Shown in pieces: positions 41,109 through 51,761 of a stretch of 64,000 nt of DNA (position 1 is its first letter; the number at the start of each line of letters is the position of its first letter). The translations under genes were made by a program, and so were the position numbers. The notes beneath the pieces were generated by a model that saw nothing but the letters and a program-made list of their open reading frames with translations, was not told the DNA's origin and searched no databases. The DNA comes from Acidobacteriota bacterium (GTDB lineage Bacteria; Acidobacteriota; UBA890; WLXD01), in NCBI GenBank assembly GCA_963666215.2, contig CAXWPL010000005.1, positions 192,001-256,000 on the forward strand, read 5' to 3'.

Positions 41109-42013
41109 TCGAGATTCTGCACCTGCTCACGAACCCGTTCGAGCTCCGACTTGAGCTCGACAACAGTGTCGGCGATGACGGCGTCGCGCGCCTTCGAGCC
41201 AATCGTATTGAGCTCGCGATGGACCTCCTGGATGACGAATTCGAGCGTGCGACCGACGGATTCGTCGGAGCTCAACAGGCCGTCGAGCTTGGCGAGGTGC
41301 GACTGCAGTCGAACGATCTCCTCCGTGATGTCGGCCCGATCGGCGTAGAAAACAACTTCCTGTTGAAGCCGATCGGAATCGACCTCGCCGCCGCCGTCAC
41401 CCAACAGCTCGGCGATGCGCTCGGTCAGCTGGTCGCGCACACGCGGCACCATACCCGCAGCCGCCTGCTCGATGACACTCACGGCATCCGCCATCGTGGC
41501 GAGCCTCGTCCTCAGGTCGCCGGCCAGATGGACTCCTTCTGCCGCGCGGATCGCCTCGAGCCCATCGAGGGCCCGGGTCAGCGCCTCGTCGAGCAGCACG
41601 CCGACCGCCGCGCTTGCTTCATCGTCGCCGCTGGTAATCGCCGGCCGCACTCGACCCGACCCATCGGTAACAACACCGGGCAAAGTAACCAGCGTCGCGG
41701 CGTCGACTTCCTCCGGGATGTCGAGCGCGGCGGCCAGACGACGGATCTCGTCGAGATACTGCGAGGCGACGCTCGTGTCGATGCGTGCACCGTCATTGCT
41801 GGCCCCGTAGATGCTGACGGTGAGATCAACCTTCCCGCGGCGCACACGCTCCTGAATCGCGCGCTTGGAGCGGTCTTCGAAAGCCTGAAGATCGCTGGGG
41901 AAGCGCAGCGAGATATGGCAGAACCGGTGGTTGACCGTCCGCACCTCGACGGTGACCTGCGCCGTCCCGGAGGACGCCTCGCCTCGCCCGTGTCCACTCA
42001 TGCTCCTAACCAT
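41105..42013 (-). CDS. yicC: YicC/YloC family endoribonuclease
   Basis: RSMSGHG, EVRTVNHRF, RRGKVD, DITEEIVRL, GRTLEF..QE.HRELNTIGSK, REQVQNLE. Confidence 0.93.
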   Translation of the reverse strand: MVRSMSGHGRGEASSGTAQVTVEVRTVNHRFCHISLRFPSDLQAFEDRSKRAIQERVRRGKVDLTVSIYGASNDGARIDTSVASQYLDEIRRLAAALDIPEEVDAATLVTLPGVVTDGSGRVRPAITSGDDEASAAVGVLLDEALTRALDGLEAIRAAEGVHLAGDLRTRLATMADAVSVIEQAAAGMVPRVRDQLTERIAELLGDGGGEVDSDRLQQEVVFYADRADITEEIVRLQSHLAKLDGLLSSDESVGRTLEFVIQEVHRELNTIGSKARDAVIADTVVELKSELERVREQVQNLE

Positions 42014-42019
42014 CGTGCC

Positions 42020-42685
42020 TCATCGTAGCAGCATTCTCTCGGCTCTCTCGGTCAGCTCAACGAGGCGTCGCGTGAGCTCGCGACTGGCCTCCTGCAGGTC
42101 CTCCGGGGACGCGTGGCGCGCCACGCCGAGATGAGATCCATATACGAACAGGCCGCGCGACAGCGGCAGCGGAAAGCGCATGCGATCCCAGGTGCGCAGC
42201 CGCAGGCTCGGTCGCGACGCGTAAGCCACCGGCAACAGGGGCCGCCCGCTGGCACGTCCCAGCCACACCGCGCCGGCCTGAGCGACCTCGGCCGGCCCGC
42301 GTGGCCCGTCTGGCGTGATGGCCAGGTCCCTACCCTCACGAATCGCGCGGAGCAATACGCGTGCGGCAATCGCGCCGCCGCGCGAGGAGGACCCGCGCAC
42401 CACCTCGCAACGCAGTCGCGAGAACAAACGCGCGGTGATCTCGCCGTCGTCGGAGCGCGAGATCGGAACAACTGTCGGGGGCCGTAGCTGCATCCACGGC
42501 ATCATCGCCAGCTGCGAGTGCCAAAAGCAGTAGATCACAGGGCCGCCGTCAGTCGGCAGCGCGGCCTCATCGCCGCAACGACGCAATCGTGACGTCGCGC
42601 GAACGATACGTAGCCAGCCTCCTCCCGCTCGTGGGGCCAGAGCCAGCAGCGCTCGGCGTCGCAAGCCGGGGCGTTCCGCCGTCAA
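42020..42685 (-). CDS. DUF374 acyltransferase (LpxJ-like lipid A late acyltransferase)
   Basis: FWHSQL, SRSDDGE, RGSSSRGG, ITPDGPRGP, TWDR; next to msbA and lpxB. Confidence 0.82.
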   Translation of the reverse strand: MTAERPGLRRRALLALAPRAGGGWLRIVRATSRLRRCGDEAALPTDGGPVIYCFWHSQLAMMPWMQLRPPTVVPISRSDDGEITARLFSRLRCEVVRGSSSRGGAIAARVLLRAIREGRDLAITPDGPRGPAEVAQAGAVWLGRASGRPLLPVAYASRPSLRLRTWDRMRFPLPLSRGLFVYGSHLGVARHASPEDLQEASRELTRRLVELTERAERMLLR

Positions 42686-42687
42686 GG

Positions 42688-44493
42688 CTAGCTCAGCACA
42701 CCGGAAGGCTGTGAAGAGTAGAGCTCTTGATAGGTGCCGGTACCGCGCAGCAACTCTTCGTGCGTGCCCTGCTCGTGCACTCGGCCCTTGTCGATCACCA
42801 CGATCTTGTCGGCGTGGCGAATCGTCGACAGCCGATGCGCGATGATGACCGTTGTACGCCCTTCCATCAGGTTGACGAGCGCTTCCTGCACCAAGCGATC
42901 GGACCGTTCGTCGAGGCTGCTTGTTGCTTCGTCGAGGATCAGGATCGGAGCGTTCTTGAGCAGGGCCCGAGCAATCGCGATGCGCTGACGCTGTCCTCCA
43001 GAAAGGCGCAGCCCACGCTCACCGAGAACGGTGTCGTAGCCGTCCGGAAGGCGCTCGATGAACTCGTCGGCAAAGGCCGCCGCCGCCGCCTTTTCGAGCC
43101 GTTCGCGCGGCACATCGGGGCGCCCATAGGCGATGTTGCGCTCCAGCGTGTCGTTGAAAAGAATCGTGTCCTGAGTGACCACGGCGACGCGGGCACGCAG
43201 GTCCTCGAGCCGCAGCTCGCGAACGTCGACTCCATCGATCGTTACCCGCCCGGTCGTAGGCTCATAGAAGCGTGGGATCAGGTTCGCCAATGAGCTCTTG
43301 CCGGCTCCCGACGGACCAACGAGCGCCACCGCGGTCCCGGCCGCGATCGTCAGATCGACGTCGTGCAGCACCGGATCGCAGCGCTCGGAGTCGGTGTAGG
43401 CGAACGAAACCGATTCGAAGCGGATGGCGTCGACGACGGGGGACGGCGACGACTCGGCCACTTGATCGCCACCGACTCCGCTGCTCGAGCGGGCCTCGAT
43501 CATACGACCGCGCGCGAGTGTCGCCGGATCGTAGGCCTCAGTCGGCTCATCGAGAATCTCGTAGAGTCGATCGGCGGCAGCAGCCGCGGCCTGAATCCGC
43601 ACGTTGGCCGCGCTCAGGCGGCGCAGCGGCGAGTAGGTCACCAACGCGGCGGCCACGAAGCTGAAGAGCTCGCCCGTGGTAAGCCGACCACTCGAGATCT
43701 GGAAATAGCCGTAAACGAAGACACCCGCCACAGCCAGCGCCGCCACGAACTCCATCAGCGGTGAGCTGATGCTCGCGAGGCGCTGTGCCTGGAGTGAATG
43801 CCGAAAAAGGTGCTGCGCGGCGTCGCGGAACTTCGCGATCTCCGCCTCCTCCATGCAGAAGGCCTTGACCACGCGGATGCCGGTGAGGGTTTCGTGCAGC
43901 AGCGCCGAAATTTCGCCCAGCCCCTGCTGTGCGCGGCGGCTGAGAATCCGCAGCCTGCCGCTCATCCAGCCGACCAACCCGATGATCAGCGGCGCGGCGA
44001 CGAGCGTGATCAACGACAGCACCCAGTCGCGGTAGAACATCACGCCCACGAGAAAGACGAGCGTCAGGCTCTCGCGCATGAGGTCCACGAGAACCCGCGT
44101 GATCGCCTCCTGCACCGCGAGCACGTCACTCGTGACGCGCGACATCAGGCCGCCGGTCGTCCGGCGAGCGTGGAAGCCCAGAGGCACAAACTGCAGGTGT
44201 GTGTAGAGAGCCAGGCGTAGGTCGCGAACCACCGAAAACCCGACGCTACCCATCAGGTACGTCGAAACGTAGCGCGCGATGCCGAGAACGAAGTAGAGCA
44301 TCACAATCACGGCCGCCAGCCGCAGAACGAACTCCAACTCGGCATCGTCACGCAGGCCATCGTCGACGACGGTGCCCAGCAAAAGGATGACGCCGGCGTT
44401 GGAGGCGGCCACGGCCACCATCGCCGCCACGGCACCCGCCATGCGTTGATGGTAGCGGCGTGTAAAGGTGATCAGGCGCTTGAGATTGGTCAT
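42688..44493 (-). CDS. msbA: MsbA-type lipid A export ABC transporter (TMD+NBD)
   Basis: N-terminal TM domain, GPSGAGKS, LSGGQRQR, LDEATS, AHRLST; adjacent to lpxB. Confidence 0.88.
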   Translation of the reverse strand: MTNLKRLITFTRRYHQRMAGAVAAMVAVAASNAGVILLLGTVVDDGLRDDAELEFVLRLAAVIVMLYFVLGIARYVSTYLMGSVGFSVVRDLRLALYTHLQFVPLGFHARRTTGGLMSRVTSDVLAVQEAITRVLVDLMRESLTLVFLVGVMFYRDWVLSLITLVAAPLIIGLVGWMSGRLRILSRRAQQGLGEISALLHETLTGIRVVKAFCMEEAEIAKFRDAAQHLFRHSLQAQRLASISSPLMEFVAALAVAGVFVYGYFQISSGRLTTGELFSFVAAALVTYSPLRRLSAANVRIQAAAAAADRLYEILDEPTEAYDPATLARGRMIEARSSSGVGGDQVAESSPSPVVDAIRFESVSFAYTDSERCDPVLHDVDLTIAAGTAVALVGPSGAGKSSLANLIPRFYEPTTGRVTIDGVDVRELRLEDLRARVAVVTQDTILFNDTLERNIAYGRPDVPRERLEKAAAAAFADEFIERLPDGYDTVLGERGLRLSGGQRQRIAIARALLKNAPILILDEATSSLDERSDRLVQEALVNLMEGRTTVIIAHRLSTIRHADKIVVIDKGRVHEQGTHEELLRGTGTYQELYSSQPSGVLS

Positions 44494-45677
44494 CGCGACG
44501 CCAGCAGCCGCAATATCCCAGCGGCGGCGCGTCCCGAAGCGCCGGGCTCGCCGAGCTTCTCGCGCACCTCGAGGAGAAATCGATGCGTTTGCTGTCGGGC
44601 GGTCTCGTCTTCGAGCAAAGGGGCCAAACCTCGGGCAATTGCCGAGCCGGTTACGTCGTTCTGCAGCAACTCGGGGACACCCTGTCGTCCCGCCACGACG
44701 TTCACCAGGGCGATGTTGCTGACCCGCACCAGCAGCCTCGCGAGATTATAGGTAAGCCACGAAGTCCTGTAAACGACGAGCTCCGGTGTGCCCAGCAGCC
44801 CGGTCTCGAGCGTTGCCGTGCCCGAGCACACACAGGCCGCGCGGCTGTGACGCAAAACGCCGTAGCTATCGTCTTTAATCAAGTGTACGGAGGCGGCAAT
44901 CTCCGCCGGAGCGCCGGCAACAATTGCGTCGTAGATCTCGATATCGACGCCTGCGGCCACCGGGACCAGGTACTGACGCGGCTTTGAACGCTGCAGAATA
45001 GCCGCGGCTTCGAGCATCGCTGGCAGCAGCCGTTCGACCTCGGCCGGCCGGCTACCCGGCGCCAGCGCAACCCAATCACGATCGACATCGAGATCGTGAC
45101 GCTCGACAAAAGCGTCGAGATCCCATTCGCCGGGCATCACGTCGAGCAACGGATGGCCAACGAACTCCACCGGAACTCCGGCATCGGCGTAGAGCTCTGC
45201 CTCAAATGGCAGGATCACGAGCATCAGGTTGACCAGCCGACTCAGGGTGCGAACGCGACCCGGCCGCCAGGCCCAGACCTGAGGGCCAATGTAGTAGATG
45301 ATCGGAATCGACGGATGGGCCCGTCGCAGCCGCTTGGCGAGCGCGATATTGAAGTCGGGATAATCGACCAGGATGATGGCGTCGATCTGACGCTCGCGCA
45401 CCGCACGCTGAGCCTCGTTCATCGCGCGGCGGATGTGGTGCAGATGCGCGATCACCTCGGTGATACCAACAACTGCCAGATGGCGAATGTCGTAAAGAAG
45501 CTCGACGCCAGCGCCGCGCATGCGACTGCCACCGATGCCAATCGCCGTCAACTGCGGATCGAGGGCTCGCAGCGCCTCGACGAGACTCGCCGCGTGCAGG
45601 TCACCGGAGGCCTCCCCGGCGACCAGAAGCAAACGATGTCCCCCGGCGTCCGCACTGCTCGTGTCGGCGTCGCTCAT
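44490..45677 (-). CDS. lpxB: Lipid-A-disaccharide synthase
   Basis: VAGEASGD, VDYPDFN, PQVWAWR, ILPFE, FVGHPL, PGSR..E, SGTATLE. Confidence 0.96.
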   Translation of the reverse strand: MSDADTSSADAGGHRLLLVAGEASGDLHAASLVEALRALDPQLTAIGIGGSRMRGAGVELLYDIRHLAVVGITEVIAHLHHIRRAMNEAQRAVRERQIDAIILVDYPDFNIALAKRLRRAHPSIPIIYYIGPQVWAWRPGRVRTLSRLVNLMLVILPFEAELYADAGVPVEFVGHPLLDVMPGEWDLDAFVERHDLDVDRDWVALAPGSRPAEVERLLPAMLEAAAILQRSKPRQYLVPVAAGVDIEIYDAIVAGAPAEIAASVHLIKDDSYGVLRHSRAACVCSGTATLETGLLGTPELVVYRTSWLTYNLARLLVRVSNIALVNVVAGRQGVPELLQNDVTGSAIARGLAPLLEDETARQQTHRFLLEVREKLGEPGASGRAAAGILRLLASR

Positions 45678-45841
45678 CAGCCTGAGCCCTCGGTCGGCGT
45701 GGTAACATCCGGCTCCCGCGAGCCACGCGCGGTAGGCCGATCGTAGCAGGATCCCCGCACGCCGGAAGGGCAAACCGCCTTCTCCACCTGCCGCGCTTCG
45801 CAATCACGCATCCTCCCGCCGACTGCAGCCGCTTGCCCCCA

Positions 45842-46972
45842 ATGCGTATTTGCCTCGACTACCGGCCCGCCCTACACGAGGGCACGGGGGTCGGGACCTA
45901 CGTGCGCGGACTCGCACGAGCGCTCGCGGATCCCGCGACCGGGCTCGAACCCCCTGCTCCACAGGTGTGCTTGTTCTCGGCGTCTTGGCGGCACCGAGTC
46001 GACACCTCGCCGGTGCCTGGGGCACAGTGGACCGACGCCCGAATACCCGTACGGGCCCTCGACTGGCTGTGGCATCGGCGCGGCTGGCCACCCATCGAAC
46101 GATGGGTCGGCGACATCGATATCGCGCACTCTCCTTCGCCGATGTTGCTCCCCACACGTCGTGCTCGCCGCGTGGTCACCGTGCACGACTGCTACTTCAT
46201 TCGCCATCCTGAGGATGTCGCCGGCCCCGTGCGCCGAGACTACGTGCCACTGCTGCGTGCGGCTCTCGCCAAGGCCGACGCGGTAGCAACGGTGTCGGAA
46301 TGTACGAAGCAGGAGCTTGCCGACCTGTTGCCGGTAGCACCTGAGCGCATTCACGTCACCCCTTTGGGTGTCGACTCGGCCTACGCGGAGTCCAACCAGC
46401 GGGAAGATTGCGACGCCATTCTCGACGAGATCGGTGTCGACCCAGGCTACTTTCTCTTCGTGGGACGTCGCGAGCCTCGAAAAAACCTCGATCTTCTGAT
46501 GCGCGGCTTCGCTGCCCTCGCACAGCACCAGCCGCACGCGCGCCTCCTGCTCGTGGGTCCGGAGGGCTATCGCTGGCCGGCGACGTGGGCGTCGGCACCG
46601 CAGGCTGCTCGAGACCGGACGCGGTTGCTGCCGCATCAACCCGCGCGCCGCCTTGCGGCGCTCTACCAAGGTGCAGCGGCGTTACTGCTCACCTCCCGCT
46701 GGGAAGGCTTCGGGCTGACGGCGATCGAAGCACTTGCGTGTGGCACGCCCGTGATTGCGACGCCTGTCGGCGCGCTGCCCGAAGTGCTGGGTGAGCACGC
46801 GATTTGGATCGACAACAGCTCGCCCGACGAACTTGCTCACGCCTGTGAGCAGCTGCTGCTGCACCCCGAGCGCCAGGGCCAGCTGGCGGAGGCGAGAATC
46901 GCCCACGCTGGCACGTACACCTGGGAGCGAACGGCACGCCGTACCCAGTCACTCTACGCTGGCCTGGCGTAG
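45842..46972 (+). CDS. Glycosyltransferase family 4
   Basis: TGVGTY, VTVHD, VGRREPRKN, SRWEGFGLTAIEALACGTPV. Confidence 0.92.
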   Translation: MRICLDYRPALHEGTGVGTYVRGLARALADPATGLEPPAPQVCLFSASWRHRVDTSPVPGAQWTDARIPVRALDWLWHRRGWPPIERWVGDIDIAHSPSPMLLPTRRARRVVTVHDCYFIRHPEDVAGPVRRDYVPLLRAALAKADAVATVSECTKQELADLLPVAPERIHVTPLGVDSAYAESNQREDCDAILDEIGVDPGYFLFVGRREPRKNLDLLMRGFAALAQHQPHARLLLVGPEGYRWPATWASAPQAARDRTRLLPHQPARRLAALYQGAAALLLTSRWEGFGLTAIEALACGTPVIATPVGALPEVLGEHAIWIDNSSPDELAHACEQLLLHPERQGQLAEARIAHAGTYTWERTARRTQSLYAGLA

Positions 46973-47070
46973 CACGGATCGGGATCGAACGATGGGTCGA
47001 CGGCTCGGATCGGTCGAAAGAGCACGGCGGACGGAATGAAACGAACGCGCACTACGCCCGCTACGGGCCG

Positions 47071-48285
47071 ATGGGTCCCGCGGCGTCGGAGGCGGTCTTG
47101 AATCCCTTGCATATCGCTGTCGACGCGCGCGAGATCGAGGGGCGCCCAACGGGTGTCGGCCGTGTGCTCGACGGCCTGCTCGGTGCCTGGCCGGAGATCG
47201 ATCGACTCACGCTGATTGCCCGTTCGCAGCCGCGTGGCGGCTCGTGGGAAGCGTCAGCGGCGAGGGTCCAGGTCGAGCTTTCCCCGGGCCCGAGGCGCTT
47301 GCCCGGAAGCGCCTGGGAACAGATACAGCTGCCTGCCGCTGTACGTCGCTTGGGAGCCGACGCGCTTCTGTCACCTGCGTACGGGATGCCGGCTCTGTCG
47401 CCCTGCCCGACCGCCGTCGGCATGCACGACTGCGCCAGCGAAGCTCGCCCACAGGATTTCCGCGCCCGCGAGCGCTGGCGTCGTCGATTGTTCGCCCGTA
47501 TCGCGGCACGACGCGCGGCGTTCCTGTTCATGGGCTCGGAATTTGCGGCGCGCGAGGCCGAGCACCGTCTTGGCGTGCCGCGCTCACGCTCGCTGGTACT
47601 GCCGTACGGGGTCGAGGCCCGCTTCACGCCGGCCAGCGCCGACACCGTGGCTGCCGTGCGGCGCCGCTACGGACTCTCGGGTCGAACGGTGCTGTTTGTC
47701 GGCGCACATCTTCGGCGCCGCAACCTCGGCAACCTGATCGAGATCGTCGCCGATCTCGCCGAACAGAGGGACGACCTGCACCTCTGCCTCGTGGGTGAGG
47801 CGCCCGCAACATTGGCCGCCGCCCGAACGGATGCCGAGCTACCGCGTTGGGAAGGGATTGCCGGTCGCCTCGGCGACCGCGTGCGCTGGCTTGGATACGT
47901 TGAGGAGACGGATCTCCCGGCGCTCTACTCCGCAGCCACCCTCGTCGCCTACCCGTCGCGCTACGAGGGGTTCGGGCTACCAGTACTCGAGGCGCTGGCA
48001 AGCGGCACCGCGGTCGTCGCGGCGGCGGTCGGATCGCTTCCGGAAGTCTTCGAAGACCGCGTGTGGCTGATCGACCCGACGCACACAGAGCAGTGGCGGT
48101 ACGCCATGCGTACACTGCTCGATGACGAGGCAGAGCGTGGACGATGGGTGGCGCGGGCGAGTGAGTGGGCCCGCGGCCGGACCTGGGGGCTCGCCGCCAA
48201 CAGGCTGCGGAAACGGCTAGAGACATCGGTTGTGCAGCACAAGGGCCGTTACGTGCGTGCAGCGCCGAGAGAGTCGGGTGACTGA
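47071..48285 (+). CDS. Glycosyltransferase family 4
   Basis: IAVDAR...TGVGR, PSRYEGFGLPVLEALASG; start uncertain. Confidence 0.9.
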   Translation: MGPAASEAVLNPLHIAVDAREIEGRPTGVGRVLDGLLGAWPEIDRLTLIARSQPRGGSWEASAARVQVELSPGPRRLPGSAWEQIQLPAAVRRLGADALLSPAYGMPALSPCPTAVGMHDCASEARPQDFRARERWRRRLFARIAARRAAFLFMGSEFAAREAEHRLGVPRSRSLVLPYGVEARFTPASADTVAAVRRRYGLSGRTVLFVGAHLRRRNLGNLIEIVADLAEQRDDLHLCLVGEAPATLAAARTDAELPRWEGIAGRLGDRVRWLGYVEETDLPALYSAATLVAYPSRYEGFGLPVLEALASGTAVVAAAVGSLPEVFEDRVWLIDPTHTEQWRYAMRTLLDDEAERGRWVARASEWARGRTWGLAANRLRKRLETSVVQHKGRYVRAAPRESGD

Positions 48286-49222
48286 GGTGGGCGGTCCTGA
48301 CAGCGCTCCTGCTCGCGGATGCGAGGCGTCGGTGGACGTCGTGATCGTCAGCTACGAGCGATCCGATCTGCTCCTTCGATGCTGCGCGTCAGTGCGCCAC
48401 CATGCCCCCGCGGCCCGCATGATCGTGGTCGACAACGCCTCCACCGACGGCAGCGCCAGCACCGCGCGGCGCGACTTTCCCGAGGCTCTGGTACTCGAGA
48501 ACGAGCGCAATCTCGGTTTCGGGACCGCGGTTAATCGCGGTGTGGCTGCCGGCGATGGCCAGCTCATCCTGCTGCTCAACAGCGATGCCGAGCTCGCCCC
48601 TGGCTCCCTCGAAACGCTGGTCGCAACGCTCGATCGCGAACCACGCGCCGCAGGCTGTGGACCACGGTTGTCCGGCCCCTCGGGTGATATCGAGCTGTCG
48701 ATCGGCCGCACAATGAGCCCGGCCAGCGAGTTGTTCTTCAAGATCCTCGAGCCACTCTATGGCGGCGGGGCGGGACCGCTTACCGGAGTAGTCGAACAGT
48801 TTTACGCACAGAGCAGGCGTACCCGGTTCCTCACGGCGGCTTGTCTGCTGCTGCGGCGTGAAGCGTTCGAAGAAGTCGGAGGTATGGACGAGCGGTTCTT
48901 CCTCTACGCCGAGGATGTCGACCTGTGCATGCGGCTGAGTCGCGCCGGTTGGCACTTTCGATATACCCCGGATGCAGAAATTGAACACCAGCGCGGCGCC
49001 AGTGCCGGCGTCCGGCCGCTGCAAACCGAGCTTGCCTACCGGGCGAGCCAGCTCGAGCTGTACCGCAAACACCGTTCTTCCTGGGTCGCGGGCGCGCTGC
49101 GGATCTACTTGTGCGCTCGCTACGCGCTGGCCTCGCTGCTCGCGCGCGGTAAGCGACGCGAGCACGCCCGTGCCATGCTCGCCTGGTTCCTCGAAGGAGG
49201 GGCTGCGACCAGCCACGACTGA
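48278..49222 (+). CDS. Glycosyltransferase family 2 (WbbL/RfbF-like)
   Basis: VVIVSY, VVDNASTDGS, NLGFG, LLNSD, GGMDERFFLYAEDVD. Confidence 0.92.
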   Translation: MTEVGGPDSAPARGCEASVDVVIVSYERSDLLLRCCASVRHHAPAARMIVVDNASTDGSASTARRDFPEALVLENERNLGFGTAVNRGVAAGDGQLILLLNSDAELAPGSLETLVATLDREPRAAGCGPRLSGPSGDIELSIGRTMSPASELFFKILEPLYGGGAGPLTGVVEQFYAQSRRTRFLTAACLLLRREAFEEVGGMDERFFLYAEDVDLCMRLSRAGWHFRYTPDAEIEHQRGASAGVRPLQTELAYRASQLELYRKHRSSWVAGALRIYLCARYALASLLARGKRREHARAMLAWFLEGGAATSHD

Positions 49223-49275
49223 GGCGCGTCCGAACACACCGGTGCTCGTCGCTGGCCGCCAGCCGTAAAGCAGTC

Positions 49276-50481
49276 ATGCGAATACTGATCGACGCCCGCA
49301 AGCTCGACGACTTCGGCATCGGCCGAACGATCCGCAACCTCGTGGGCGCGATCGCCAGACTGCGACCGGAATGGCGGCTCATGCTCCTCGGCTCGCCGTC
49401 GCTGGTGGCCGCCGACCGTGCCTCTGCCGACGGTCTCACCGGTAGCGGCGGCGGCCGGATCGAATGGATCGAGACCGGGGCGCGCAGGTATGGGGTCGGC
49501 GAGCTGCTTACACTCGGCCGCCACGCCCGCCGACTAGGTGTTCAGCTCTATCACGCCCCGCACTACACGCTGCCGTGGAACCTTCCCTGCCCGGCGGTGG
49601 TGACCGTTCACGACTGCATCCACCTGCGCTTCCCGCAGTACCTTCCACGTCCGTTCGGACTTCTGCCGCGAGCCCTGAGTCGCGCCTATGCCGCCTGCAT
49701 GATTCGTGACGCCGTCGCCCGTGCCGCCCGCGTCATCGCCGTTTCCGAATCAACCCGACGAGATCTGTTGGGCCCCCTCGTCGGAGGGCGCACCGAGGAG
49801 CGCTCGGCGAGCGAGCGCGTGGTTGCGATTCACAACGGCTGCGACGCTTTTTTTCTCGAACGGCCGAGCGCCGACGAAGTCGACGACGCCCTGAACGCGC
49901 TGGCTCCGGGATTGCCGGAGCGCTTCTTGCTCTACGTTGGCAACGTCAAGCCGCACAAGAACGTGACCGCGTTGCTGACGGCGTTCGGCCACCTGCTCGA
50001 TAGCGACCGCTACGGTTCTCGCCATCGCGGACTCGGCCTCGTGGTCGCCGGCGAGCATGCGTGCGAACGACTGCGGGGACCTCTGAGCCAGCTGCCTGCC
50101 GCTGCCCAGGAGGGTGCAGGTCTCCGGTTCGTCGACCGCGCTTCCGACCGACTGCTCCGGGCCCTCTACCACCGGGCAACTCTGTTGGTGTTGCCGTCGC
50201 TCTACGAGGGCTTCGGACTGCCGGCACTCGAGGCAATGGCGTGCGGCACGGCGGTCGTTGTCAGCGATGCCGGCGGATTGCCCGAGGTCGTTGGCGGCGG
50301 CGGCCTGCTCGTGACTCCGGGCGACGCTGAGGAGCTCGAGGCCGCGATCGACCGACTGCTCGCCAGCGACGATGAGCGACAACAGCTGGCGTCGGTGGGC
50401 CGAGCACGAGCGCAGGAGTTCACCTGGGAGCGCGCCGCGGCGCGGACGATCGAGCAGTACGAAGCGGCGGTTGCGCAGTGA
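49276..50481 (+). CDS. Glycosyltransferase family 4
   Basis: MRILIDARK, VTVHD, YVGNVKPHKN, PSLYEGFGLPALEAMACG. Confidence 0.93.
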   Translation: MRILIDARKLDDFGIGRTIRNLVGAIARLRPEWRLMLLGSPSLVAADRASADGLTGSGGGRIEWIETGARRYGVGELLTLGRHARRLGVQLYHAPHYTLPWNLPCPAVVTVHDCIHLRFPQYLPRPFGLLPRALSRAYAACMIRDAVARAARVIAVSESTRRDLLGPLVGGRTEERSASERVVAIHNGCDAFFLERPSADEVDDALNALAPGLPERFLLYVGNVKPHKNVTALLTAFGHLLDSDRYGSRHRGLGLVVAGEHACERLRGPLSQLPAAAQEGAGLRFVDRASDRLLRALYHRATLLVLPSLYEGFGLPALEAMACGTAVVVSDAGGLPEVVGGGGLLVTPGDAEELEAAIDRLLASDDERQQLASVGRARAQEFTWERAAARTIEQYEAAVAQ

Positions 50482-51674
50482 GTTCAATGCATTCGGTGGA
50501 GCGAAGGCGTCTGCGAACCGCTCTCGTGCACGACTGGCTAACCGGGATGCGAGGCGGTGAAAAGGTTCTCGAAGAGCTTGTGCGGCTCTTTCCGGAGGCT
50601 CCCATCTACACGCTGCTGCACCAGGCCGGCAGCACGAGCGAGCTGATCGAGTCGCGCTCCATACGAACATCGTTCATCCAGCGACTCCCGCATGGGCACT
50701 ACCGCTGGTATCTACCGCTCTTCCCTCGTGCGGTGGAGTCGTTGCCGCTGGCCGACTACGAGCTCGTGATCTCGAGCAGCCATTGCGTCGCCAAGGGCGC
50801 CCAGCGCGGCGATTCAGCACTGCACGTTTGTTACTGCCACACGCCAATGCGCTACGCCTGGGACCAGTTCGACGCCTACTTTTCTCGCGAAAGGCTCGGA
50901 CCGCTGCGCTACGCGCTCATCCGCTCGATTGCGCGCCGGCTGCGGCATTGGGACCGTGCGACGGCCTCGCGGGTGGACGCCTTCGCGGCCAACTCTCGCT
51001 ACGTTGCCGGGCGGATTCGTCGCTACTACGGGCGCGAAGCGGAAGTGATTCCGCCGCCAGTCGACGTGGATCGCTTCACGCCCAGATTTGGGCCCGCTGA
51101 TTCGCGTGACAGCAACCATTCGGGCGAATCCGACCGGCAGGAGCATGAGTCCGGGTACTACCTCGTGGTCAGCGCGCTCAGCCCCTACAAGCGAGTGGAT
51201 GTGGCGATCGATGCTTTCAACCGTTCCGCTCGCCGACTCGTCGTTGTCGGTTGGGGACCCGAGCGAGACCGCTTGGCTGCTCTGGCCGGGCCGACGGTGC
51301 GCCTCGCCGGCCGCGTCGACGACGCCGAGCTGCTCGAGCTGTACCGCGGCTGCCGCGGCCTCATTCTTCCGGGAATCGAAGATGCGGGCATCGCACCACT
51401 CGAGGCCATGGCCTGCGGCCGCCCGGCGATCGTGCTGCAGGATGGAGGCGCGGCCGAGGCCATCGAGGACGGCCGCACCGGTGTGCTGATCCGCGACTGC
51501 ACGCCGGCGGCGATCAACCAAGCTGTTGACACAGCGGAGAAGCTCTCCTTCAATACCCGTGAGATTCGCCAACACGCTGAGGGTTACTCTACGAGTGTGT
51601 TCGCGAGCCGATTCCAGGCTTTCGTCGAGCGCGCGCTCGAGGAGCGTGCGTCCCGCCAGCAGAAGGAAGCGTAG
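50478..51674 (+). CDS. Glycosyltransferase family 4 (WbaZ-like)
   Basis: ALVHDWLTGMRGGEKV, YCHTPMRYAWD, PYKRVD, EDAGIAPLEAMACG. Confidence 0.92.
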   Translation: MSSMHSVERRRLRTALVHDWLTGMRGGEKVLEELVRLFPEAPIYTLLHQAGSTSELIESRSIRTSFIQRLPHGHYRWYLPLFPRAVESLPLADYELVISSSHCVAKGAQRGDSALHVCYCHTPMRYAWDQFDAYFSRERLGPLRYALIRSIARRLRHWDRATASRVDAFAANSRYVAGRIRRYYGREAEVIPPPVDVDRFTPRFGPADSRDSNHSGESDRQEHESGYYLVVSALSPYKRVDVAIDAFNRSARRLVVVGWGPERDRLAALAGPTVRLAGRVDDAELLELYRGCRGLILPGIEDAGIAPLEAMACGRPAIVLQDGGAAEAIEDGRTGVLIRDCTPAAINQAVDTAEKLSFNTREIRQHAEGYSTSVFASRFQAFVERALEERASRQQKEA

Positions 51675-51761
51675 CAACACTCACCACCCCGTTACCGAAT
51701 CCGACGATCCAGCAGCGCCGGCCGAGCCCCCGCCGGCCAGCCCCTAGCCGCGAGCGACAGC